DNA of 64,000 nucleotides from a virus (Duplodnaviria; Caudoviricetes): IMG/VR virus record IMGVR_UViG_3300042288_001626; one strand, 5' to 3'. Shown piece by piece: positions 46,376 to 54,319 of this stretch (position 1 is its first letter; each line of letters starts with the position of its first letter). The notes under the pieces were generated by a model. It saw only the letters and a program-made list of their open reading frames with translations, ran no database searches and was not told where the DNA came from. The position numbers and the translations under genes were made by a program.

Positions 46376-46384
46376 AAGTCTATA

Positions 46385-46828
46385 CTACATCGTGTGGTTA
46401 ACTATAGAAAACGTAAATATAAAGTGTGCCATAGTGTCGGGCTCGCTAGTTATAGTGAACTGGCTTCCTGTCATTACAGCTGTGAGTACCATAGGTAGTA
46501 TGGTTATATCTATCTGCTGTCCTCGTAACAAAGAGAAAGCCTGTTTAAATTTCTTTATTCCGGGTATGTTCCCTTTGCAGTCAGAAAAGAGCGTTCCTTC
46601 CACAGTAATATTACCTAACCCTTTACCGAAGTGTATGTACTTAATCACATCGTCAAAAGTAAGAAAGTACTGTATTGTTTCTCCTAGCTGTACACTAACA
46701 CTATTGTATATAGCTAGTCCTGTAGACCCGATGATATTGCGTACTCCAGGGATATCTATAAAAGCGTCGGCAGCTCCTCCGCTGGAAAAGTAATCTTGTT
46801 TGTCTAGTGTTACGAATGTGGCAGGCAT
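46385..46828 (-). CDS. tube-fold initiator protein (gp48/gp54-like)
   Basis: Follows the tape measure; YFLTFDDVIKYIHFGKGLGNITVEGTLF. Confidence 0.45.
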   Translation of the reverse strand: MPATFVTLDKQDYFSSGGAADAFIDIPGVRNIIGSTGLAIYNSVSVQLGETIQYFLTFDDVIKYIHFGKGLGNITVEGTLFSDCKGNIPGIKKFKQAFSLLRGQQIDITILPMVLTAVMTGSQFTITSEPDTMAHFIFTFSIVNHTM

Positions 46829-46831
46829 AAG

Positions 46832-49800
46832 TTATCTAGGAGGTATAGCCTGAATTAGTTTCTCTAGGGCTGTACCTATTCCTCCTCCGGAAGTCATGAC
46901 TTTTGTCAAATCTTGAAAAGCTTTTACCATATCTGTACGTGCCTTGTCTTCAGGGCTGACATGTCCTTGAGCTACTCGCTCGTTTCGGTATCTTTCGATA
47001 TCTTCTGCTGTTGTATTTACTTCAGCACCTAGCACATTAGCTGCACCCTTATCCTCAAACCGTTGCTTAATAGCTGCTTCATCAAGGCCTCCAAAAGCTC
47101 CCTGCTGCTTTACCTTCGCATAAAACTTACTTCGATCGCCGTCTCCTATGTCTTTACGTAATGCGGCTGCGTCCAGCTTACCATTGACTGTGTACGCTTG
47201 TATTGCTGCCTGCAGCTCAGGAGAGCCTTCCATGCTATCACCTGCCTGGATATTCAGCCTTTCTGCAAGGTCTGTATCAGCTTTAATTTCGTGAGTTTTT
47301 AAGTCGGCAGCTACCTCAGTATCTATAGCAGCCTGCTCAACCGCAGCATTGAATGCTCCTGCCGTTCCCTCCAACCATTTAGAATAAGACTCGTTGTGAT
47401 TTAATACATCAGTTTTCTTCGCGGTTCTTAAGCCTGCTAAAACTCGCTTATTATCATCGCTAAGAGCATCAAACCCTTTCTTTTTAAGTCTATCCTGCTC
47501 GGATTGAGATAACTGGTTAAAATCTTCAAGAGACCCTGTATATCCAGACATGCGGATCGTATCATTCTCTAGTTGATTTAAGAGCGTACGTGCTCCTTCC
47601 GCTGTCTGGGCGGCTGGAATGTTTTTTAGGGTCTGTGCAGTTTCTATAACATTATCATAGTCGCTGTCAGTTAGATCGCTCGTACCGAGACCCTCAGGAA
47701 CAATCTGTCCTCTAGCAGTCATAACAGCTGCACGATCTTTTAAGAAGGTGTTTATGTCTCCAACTATCCCTGCACTTTTAAGTGCCTGAGTAGAGCTATA
47801 GGAACCGCTTTTGGTCGCTATTGTCGCTCCCGATGTACGCACACGCTCAATAGCTTTTTTTGCTGTGTCGGAGTCTTCGTCCTTAGAGGCGAATATACCT
47901 GCCATTGCTTGAGTTATCTCTTCGTAGGTTGAGGTTTTTCCTCCGGCAATGGCGCTGACTACTTGCGTAACCACAGGCTGGTACAGAGCACCATATTTCT
48001 TGTCCAGCTCAGCTGACTCGTCTGCCTGTTTCTGGACCAGCTTATCGAGGTCTTCGTTTTGCTTATCTGTCCTTGTAGACCTTATTAAATCTTTACGAAT
48101 GGCTGACTCTGCTGACTTTAATGCTTTTGTGCCAGCTTCATCAGTAGTGAGTGGACGTATCTTAGTGTTTATGTACTGATCAAGGCTTAGACCTGAGTCT
48201 TTATATCCTGCCACAAATTCCTCACGGTCTAATCCTCGGTTACTCATACCTTCATAGAAGGCGTTTAACAAATTCTTATCGCCTTCAGCTCCCAGAATCT
48301 TTTTGGCTACTTTTGAGTTTTTAAGCGACTGCTGAATCATATCATCGCTTTGCCCCATATCTAAAAGATTAGCTGCGGTGTATTTCCCTCCGAAAGCAGC
48401 TACAAGTTTTTCCATGCCTCCCTTGTCTAGTCCTCCAGCAGTCATCTGTCCTGATGCAAATAATTCCTGTACCGCTTTCTGGGTTTTTTCATCCTTTGAT
48501 GCGTCTGCAAGATTTAACATAACTGCAGAAAATCCTCCTAGAGATGATTGAGCGTAATTCATCTTGGTTTTGACCTCCTCTGCAGCTATTCCCTGAGACC
48601 CTCCGGCTCTTCTAAAGTCTTCGGCGCTCATGCCTCTTCCTATGTCTGCGGCTGTACCTACAGCCTTAACAGCCATTTCAGTGACAGCGGAACCGCTCAT
48701 GTATTGTAGTTGAGGATTGTTCGCAGCCAGCTCCTTGGAAGCTTTTATAATACCCAGCATCGCCTGTATGCTTACTCCGGCTACACGGGCCGTGGCTTTC
48801 GTTTTGCGTAACAACTCTTCCACTTCTTTGGATCCTCCCTCGCCATCAGCTCTTGAAAGATCGACCGCAGTGTTACCCATAAGGTCACTGATCTTTTCCA
48901 TCAGCTGTCCTCCAGGTTTATTTCCAAAAACAGCTCTAGCTGCAGACAGAGCTCCTGTACCTGTCTGGAACAGTTTGTTCATGGCCTCGGCAGGAGTCGT
49001 ACCCTTCAAATCTCCAAGCATCCTGTAGTTTGCTCCCTGCACATAAGCAGAAGTAAAGTCCTCTATTTTAAATCCTCTAGAATTCTCGAAATTATAATTC
49101 GTGAACCTCTGCCCTTGTTTCTTGAATGCTGCTGCTTCTTCGGCAAACTTAGCAGAAGGATCTGGTTTCTTGTACTTATCTACTTCTTCTCTAACTTTGG
49201 CCGCATCAAGATCTTTGCCTTCACCATAACGGGTCAGCTTATCTATTTGTTCGGTCTCTAGCTTCAAGCGTTTTTCAAGCTTGGTTTTGAGTCTTTTGTT
49301 TAAAGCCTCTTTCTGTTTTTTATCTTCTGTATTTTCTAGCTGTGTAAGGTCGGCTTCGATATCGGCAGCACCAGAAGCTTTTTCAATCTCTCTCTGTCTT
49401 ATGTTTCTTACTGTTTGAGAATTCTCGTCGGTAATGTCGATCTTTTGAATGTTGGCTAAATCTGCGTCTGCGTTGCCTGAAAGACTGACACCTATAGACT
49501 TTAGGTAATCTTGACCTTTTTGACCTTCTTTGTAGCGATTGGATAAAAAATCTCGGTGTCTTTTATTTATCTCTTCCCCTATCCCTTTAGCTCCGTCAAA
49601 TTTTTGGACATTGTACATGTTGCTCGTCAAGGCAGACATGATGTTGCTGACTTCACCTGCACCCATAGACTCTGTACGCCCAAAATTACCCATGACATTA
49701 GCTCCTGTCATGCCTGCATATAATTGCATCGAAGCAGCCATCGGATTTCCGCCAAGCAAAGGGGATATTGCGCTGCCTATTAAACTATCTGGAGATGCTC

Positions 49801-50077
49801 CAAGCGCTCCAATAGCTCCAAGCAATGGATTCTGGCTGACTCCCATTTGCTGGAAGAACCTATTATTCATGAATCCCTCTCTTTGGAGATTCATGAACTG
49901 CATTGATCTCTCGCGCTGAATAAACGAGTCATGAATGTCTTGCCCGCTTCCAGGAACAGGAAGAAGAGTTCCTCCGAAAACTCCACGCATCAAAGAGTTC
50001 ACGATAGGATTCCCGAAGTTTCTTATATTCGGCGAATACTCGTAGTCGTCTTCGTATGGATCAAAGGGACGAAACAT
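46832..50077 (-). CDS. tail tape measure protein (1081 aa)
   Basis: Long Ala/Gly/Lys-rich helical protein directly after the frameshifted chaperone pair. Confidence 0.75.
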   Translation of the reverse strand: MFRPFDPYEDDYEYSPNIRNFGNPIVNSLMRGVFGGTLLPVPGSGQDIHDSFIQRERSMQFMNLQREGFMNNRFFQQMGVSQNPLLGAIGALGASPDSLIGSAISPLLGGNPMAASMQLYAGMTGANVMGNFGRTESMGAGEVSNIMSALTSNMYNVQKFDGAKGIGEEINKRHRDFLSNRYKEGQKGQDYLKSIGVSLSGNADADLANIQKIDITDENSQTVRNIRQREIEKASGAADIEADLTQLENTEDKKQKEALNKRLKTKLEKRLKLETEQIDKLTRYGEGKDLDAAKVREEVDKYKKPDPSAKFAEEAAAFKKQGQRFTNYNFENSRGFKIEDFTSAYVQGANYRMLGDLKGTTPAEAMNKLFQTGTGALSAARAVFGNKPGGQLMEKISDLMGNTAVDLSRADGEGGSKEVEELLRKTKATARVAGVSIQAMLGIIKASKELAANNPQLQYMSGSAVTEMAVKAVGTAADIGRGMSAEDFRRAGGSQGIAAEEVKTKMNYAQSSLGGFSAVMLNLADASKDEKTQKAVQELFASGQMTAGGLDKGGMEKLVAAFGGKYTAANLLDMGQSDDMIQQSLKNSKVAKKILGAEGDKNLLNAFYEGMSNRGLDREEFVAGYKDSGLSLDQYINTKIRPLTTDEAGTKALKSAESAIRKDLIRSTRTDKQNEDLDKLVQKQADESAELDKKYGALYQPVVTQVVSAIAGGKTSTYEEITQAMAGIFASKDEDSDTAKKAIERVRTSGATIATKSGSYSSTQALKSAGIVGDINTFLKDRAAVMTARGQIVPEGLGTSDLTDSDYDNVIETAQTLKNIPAAQTAEGARTLLNQLENDTIRMSGYTGSLEDFNQLSQSEQDRLKKKGFDALSDDNKRVLAGLRTAKKTDVLNHNESYSKWLEGTAGAFNAAVEQAAIDTEVAADLKTHEIKADTDLAERLNIQAGDSMEGSPELQAAIQAYTVNGKLDAAALRKDIGDGDRSKFYAKVKQQGAFGGLDEAAIKQRFEDKGAANVLGAEVNTTAEDIERYRNERVAQGHVSPEDKARTDMVKAFQDLTKVMTSGGGIGTALEKLIQAIPPR

Positions 50078-50080
50078 TTT

Positions 50081-50437
50081 TTATTTTTTATTAACTTTTT
50101 CCAAAAACTCTTTCCAATTTGACAGATCATCGCTAACCTGTTTTGTTGGTGTTTTATCTATTGTATCTTTTGCGAGAGCTAAAGGCAATTTTAATCCTAT
50201 AAGCGATTTAGATACGTCGTATATAGGGTCTAGAAGACCTTTTTGTTTATTATCTATACTGCTACGTATAATAGTTTCTATAAGAAGTCTATTTTGAAGC
50301 AGTCCATATAGTCTTTGATTTTCTATATAGTCAATAATTATAGCCTCTCGAAGATGAGAGGTTTTCTGCGAATAATCAAATTTAAGCCAGCCACGCAGAT
50401 AGCCTTCAGTCAGACAAGTTACGCGCTGGCTTTCCAA
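50081..50437 (-). CDS. tail assembly chaperone, -1 frame extension (GT-like)
   Basis: Overlaps the upstream chaperone in the -1 frame at a slippery heptamer; only a TTG start of its own. Confidence 0.65.
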   Translation of the reverse strand: MESQRVTCLTEGYLRGWLKFDYSQKTSHLREAIIIDYIENQRLYGLLQNRLLIETIIRSSIDNKQKGLLDPIYDVSKSLIGLKLPLALAKDTIDKTPTKQVSDDLSNWKEFLEKVNKK

Positions 50438-50934
50438 AAATTTGGAGTTTGTACCTCTCTAGTCAAAACAACTAATTTTTTTTCAAAAAGCTGAAAAGCA
50501 TCAAGCATAATACTTAACTTAGGTGTACTCCAAGAGAGTACAGGTCTAGCGCGAGAAAGAACATATGTATCTTTTTCAGTCATAGGACTGAAGTTGTCTT
50601 TTGTCACAGAAGAAAAGGTGTTGTCATCTATCGAGTGCAACGACAGACCTAGCCGGTATGTGGCGATAGTTATAAAATAAGCGTCGTTATCAGCAGCAAC
50701 ACCATTCTTCTTGTCTTCAACAATTTGATTAACCACGTCGGTGTTCTCTTGTACGGTAAGCGCCTTAAACCGTACTTTCATTTGACCGTCAAACAGATAA
50801 TTAACTTCTTCATACGGTCTATCCGCCAGCACACTCTTGAAGAATCTATCTTTGTCGTCGTCAGTAATTTTAACGGCTTTGATGTCTTCGGTAGTCATAT
50901 CTATCGACTGATTGACTAAGGGTTGGTTTTCCAT
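50419..50934 (-). CDS. tail assembly chaperone (G-like)
   Basis: Position before the tape measure; VRFKALTVQE...LSIMLDAFQLFE...PNFW end. Confidence 0.7.
   Translation of the reverse strand: MENQPLVNQSIDMTTEDIKAVKITDDDKDRFFKSVLADRPYEEVNYLFDGQMKVRFKALTVQENTDVVNQIVEDKKNGVAADNDAYFITIATYRLGLSLHSIDDNTFSSVTKDNFSPMTEKDTYVLSRARPVLSWSTPKLSIMLDAFQLFEKKLVVLTREVQTPNFWKASA
50437..50443 (-). other. -1 ribosomal frameshift heptamer A AAU UUU
   Basis: CCA AAT TTT TGG; a -1 slip gives AAA TTT TTG GAA AGC, entering the 50081..50437 frame. Confidence 0.75.
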
Positions 50935-50935
50935 A

Positions 50936-53299
50936 TTATTTTTGTACTGTGTATTTGTTTAAAGAGGCGAGAGATATTTCGGCAGGAGAATTCGAGGAAT
51001 CAGCCTTGTTAGAGTAGTCTGCTCCTACATCGTTTTTTTCAAGATTAACAGGTTTCTCCGCAGAGTAATAGAAGTTTTCGAACAAATCTTTACCTGGATA
51101 GGGCATAGAGTTGTTAATTTCCTTCTCTTCCCAAGTATCTAACGAATAGATATTGGTGAGCAAATCGTCCTGTTGAGCTAGTGTGGATGGGATGCCGTCT
51201 TCTTCTGGGTTAAGTTGTCCATATTGTGTGGACTTCAAGAAATGAAACTGAAGATCGTCAAACTTACTTGCGTCTTGAAATACCGTCTTGGCTAGTAGGT
51301 TAGCTTTATCCTGCTTCGCTTTGCCGAACTCGGACGAGAGCTGAGGAACATCTAGAACACCTTTAAGAATGTCGACAAATCCGCTGTCTTTGTCGTACAT
51401 AATTCCAAGGTTTTGATCTTTCTGCCCTAGTACAGTCGAGCCTGCTCCTGCGGCAATAACGGACCCTTCAGCCAATATAGCTGCAAAACTTCCAGACATG
51501 GTTACAGAAATTCCGTCAGAGAAATTGAACAGATTCTGTTTGCCGTAAGTAGTCAGTGTGCTGTCTGCAACTATATCAATATTGCTTTTTGATTGCAGCA
51601 GTACGTTGTTCTTGGCGTAGCTCACAACATTATTCTCTGCATAGTTGTATACGCTGAGTTTTGACTTCAGTACGATCCCGCCTATGTTCTCTACGGCGCT
51701 TTCGGTAGGGTCAGGGTATCCTGGGCTATCTTCACTCCCGTTTGCCTCTAAAATTATTCCTGCTTCATCGCTGTAGAAATATTGCGCCTTTTGAGACTTC
51801 AAGCGCAAGCCTTCCTCAGAAGAGGAAATGTCCACATGCTTCTTACAAGCCAAATTTATATGTCCTCCTGACTTAACTATTGTGTTTCTGAGAGGCTGAG
51901 CAACGAAGTCTTTTGCTGGCTGAATATAGACATTACCTCCTTCCATGACGATGGCCGAATTCCAGGCGTCGCGAATAACAATACCTCCATTGGGCATCAA
52001 GTATATGCCAGAAGTTCTAAGATTATAATTTTTTTGATTCAGATCAGTTTCGCTATCGACCTCGTTAATTTCCTTTAAATTGGTTTCTTTAGAGATGTCG
52101 TCGTTGACGAAAAAGTCTTTTTCATGGGTTTTAAAATTTTGATAACCCAGCTTCTCATTCACAAAGGCTACATAATCACGAATCTGTAGAGCGTAATTAA
52201 AAGGATTCTCTTTATATTTAAATCTATCAGAGAATTCAAAACTGTCTTTATGTGTATAGTTTAATTTCGACGCGTCGTCTCCGTTAGGGTCGTCAGGAGC
52301 TGCTTTCCTGTGAGGAACACGTATCCAGTTTGTTTTCTCTATAAACACTTCTTTAACGCTACGCACATGGAACCCTCCATCCGTACCACAATGCACATCA
52401 AGTAGTCCTGTGTCGGGACTGCTAGGAATGTTTTCAGGATTTAAGGTTCTGATTTCAGTAGGGTCAGGACGAACAATAAAAAATCTTAAAAAGTCTCCTA
52501 CGCTACCCAAGAACAACTTAAACCTCTCGATCGCCTTGATTCTTTCGTCTTCGTTGATCTTATAAAAATCGGAGGAATCGTCGGTAGTCTTAGGAGGACT
52601 ATCTTCTGCAAAAACGGTGGCGCTACCTTTGTCATTCCGTACTGCAGGACTACCATACGACTCTGCTGGCTTATGAGTGGCTCCAAACTCAGCCATCAAG
52701 CTTTTACCGTCATGATAGATATTGTACTCACCTAGAGCCGTATAATGCTGAAAATTATGACTTATAATCCTAACCAAGTCGTCAAGCAGATGACATTGTA
52801 TCTGAGATAGCTCGGAAGCTTTGAGATTGGCTAGCTGCTGATATAAGCCAAGCAAAACACCAAACTCATTCGAAACTACGTGCTCACCATCAACAACATC
52901 TCCTGGTCTTCTGTTGTCGTAGATGATGCCTGTGCGTTCTGAGTGACCATATCTATTTGCCGCATCATCTAGTGCTTGTTTACCGCCTAAAGAAGATCTG
53001 GCAGGTATTGTAGAATCTTCTTCGATGGTGGGCTGAGGAATGATTCCTATAATGAAGCAGTTTGTGTCCGTGTCCTCTACACACAAGACCCGACTGCCTG
53101 GTTGAGGAAGTGTAGATTCCTTGAAGCCTAGAAAGGAAGCCATGACAGAGGAAACGACCGTACCTTGCATAGGCATAGCCATGCCTTCGGTAGCATTGAA
53201 GCCTGTGGACTCTCTGCCTACAGTCACTGCATTTGTGCCTGCGCTGGAAGTAATTACTCTGCCAATAAAAGTACTTAGATGATCAGATGTTGTATACAT
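50936..53299 (-). CDS. gp5/VgrG-like central spike protein
   Basis: OB-fold-like LPQPGSRVLC...IIGIIP; C-terminal beta-strand repeats (IVIRDAWNSAIVMEGGNVYIQ...). Confidence 0.55.
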   Translation of the reverse strand: MYTTSDHLSTFIGRVITSSAGTNAVTVGRESTGFNATEGMAMPMQGTVVSSVMASFLGFKESTLPQPGSRVLCVEDTDTNCFIIGIIPQPTIEEDSTIPARSSLGGKQALDDAANRYGHSERTGIIYDNRRPGDVVDGEHVVSNEFGVLLGLYQQLANLKASELSQIQCHLLDDLVRIISHNFQHYTALGEYNIYHDGKSLMAEFGATHKPAESYGSPAVRNDKGSATVFAEDSPPKTTDDSSDFYKINEDERIKAIERFKLFLGSVGDFLRFFIVRPDPTEIRTLNPENIPSSPDTGLLDVHCGTDGGFHVRSVKEVFIEKTNWIRVPHRKAAPDDPNGDDASKLNYTHKDSFEFSDRFKYKENPFNYALQIRDYVAFVNEKLGYQNFKTHEKDFFVNDDISKETNLKEINEVDSETDLNQKNYNLRTSGIYLMPNGGIVIRDAWNSAIVMEGGNVYIQPAKDFVAQPLRNTIVKSGGHINLACKKHVDISSSEEGLRLKSQKAQYFYSDEAGIILEANGSEDSPGYPDPTESAVENIGGIVLKSKLSVYNYAENNVVSYAKNNVLLQSKSNIDIVADSTLTTYGKQNLFNFSDGISVTMSGSFAAILAEGSVIAAGAGSTVLGQKDQNLGIMYDKDSGFVDILKGVLDVPQLSSEFGKAKQDKANLLAKTVFQDASKFDDLQFHFLKSTQYGQLNPEEDGIPSTLAQQDDLLTNIYSLDTWEEKEINNSMPYPGKDLFENFYYSAEKPVNLEKNDVGADYSNKADSSNSPAEISLASLNKYTVQK

Positions 53300-53300
53300 A

Positions 53301-53342
53301 AAAAGAAAACCACAGTCTTAATATACAAGACTGTGGTTTTTT
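53301..53342 (-). terminator. terminator after the tail tube gene
   Basis: Perfect 14-bp stem AAAACCACAGTCTT/AAGACTGTGGTTTT with T runs on both strands. Confidence 0.85.
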
Positions 53343-53364
53343 ATCAAGAGTACAGTAGGTCAAA

Positions 53365-53802
53365 TTAGCCTGGAGCCAACTGAAGGAACTCTATGACAAC
53401 ATTATCCATAACTGTCAGACTTTCGGCTTCAGCCTGAACAGAGAACTGAGATACAACGCAACCCTTGGCGGTAAACGTCATAGGCGTAGCCGAGCTATTA
53501 CACCCGCCACCGAGCGTCAATATGATCGTACCCGGTCTACAAGCATTCCAGCCGTCGGCCGAGAATAAAGTTGCAGAGTCGGTGGTGAGCAACCGCTGGA
53601 CATTAATTTGTCCGTTAGGCATAGCGGCCCAAATGACTGCATCTTTGTTACCAATCGTACGCCTACGATTAATTTGTTGTGCGTAAGAAACGGCTACTTG
53701 AATCGCTCCAGTGACGATAGTACTACCCCACTGAATTGTGGCTTTATCTGCCGTTAATGGTGTTTTGATGTTTTGATCTCCAAATCCGTATAAATCTGCC
53801 AT
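53365..53802 (-). CDS. tail tube protein
   Basis: 145 aa downstream of the sheath, with its own promoter and terminator; VSYAQQINRRRTIG...GCVVSQFSVQ...DNVVIEF. Confidence 0.65.
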   Translation of the reverse strand: MADLYGFGDQNIKTPLTADKATIQWGSTIVTGAIQVAVSYAQQINRRRTIGNKDAVIWAAMPNGQINVQRLLTTDSATLFSADGWNACRPGTIILTLGGGCNSSATPMTFTAKGCVVSQFSVQAEAESLTVMDNVVIEFLQLAPG

Positions 53803-53830
53803 ATGTATTTAGTGGTTAGTTGTTCTCTTT

Positions 53831-53859
53831 ATTATAAGCTTATTAAAACTGAAGTGCAA
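53831..53859 (-). promoter_or_regulatory. sigma70-like promoter TTGCAC-17-TATAAT for the tube gene
   Basis: Near-consensus hexamers with 17-bp spacing. Confidence 0.75.
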
Positions 53860-53871
53860 GTCTACTTATAC

Positions 53872-54075
53872 CTATTTTATAAGACCTAATGCTTTGGCTA
53901 CTTCTTCAAAGTTCGGATCTTCTCCTTTAGTATATCTTATCCAACCCTTACCTTCTCCAACAATTCTATAGATTACATTAGGTCTACCGTCATCAGAATA
54001 TATCAAAATTCCTGTAGCTTTATCTGTATTCAATAGGGTGGGTTCTCTAAAATCTCCTGTAACTATTACTTTCAT
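53872..54075 (-). CDS. hypothetical protein
   Basis: 67-aa ORF abutting the upstream stop. Confidence 0.55.
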   Translation of the reverse strand: MKVIVTGDFREPTLLNTDKATGILIYSDDGRPNVIYRIVGEGKGWIRYTKGEDPNFEEVAKALGLIK

Positions 54076-54312
54076 TTACATTTGAATTCTACGTCTACCC
54101 TCAGTCATCTGCTGATCTATAAGATCCTGTTTAATTAGGTCTGCTAGACCTGCTGCTTCTTCATGATGCTCATACTCATCGTCAGGCAACTCCTTAAAAA
54201 GGGACGAAGTGCCTGGATAGTCTGAGGCTCTTTTCAACATATGGAGTGCCTGATCAACAGGCACTCCATATTCTTCAGCACATTTAATAAAGCCTGCCTC
54301 GAAAGAGTTCAT
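54076..54312 (-). CDS. small protein with the FEAGFIKCAEEYG module
   Basis: Likely ATG at 54312; module shared with the 23376 and 62989 genes. Confidence 0.6.
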   Translation of the reverse strand: MNSFEAGFIKCAEEYGVPVDQALHMLKRASDYPGTSSLFKELPDDEYEHHEEAAGLADLIKQDLIDQQMTEGRRRIQM

Positions 54313-54319
54313 ATTCAGA

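Noticed and set aside
47949-49919. Plus-strand ORFs inside the tape measure gene
   Set aside because: Antisense shadows with no independent signals.
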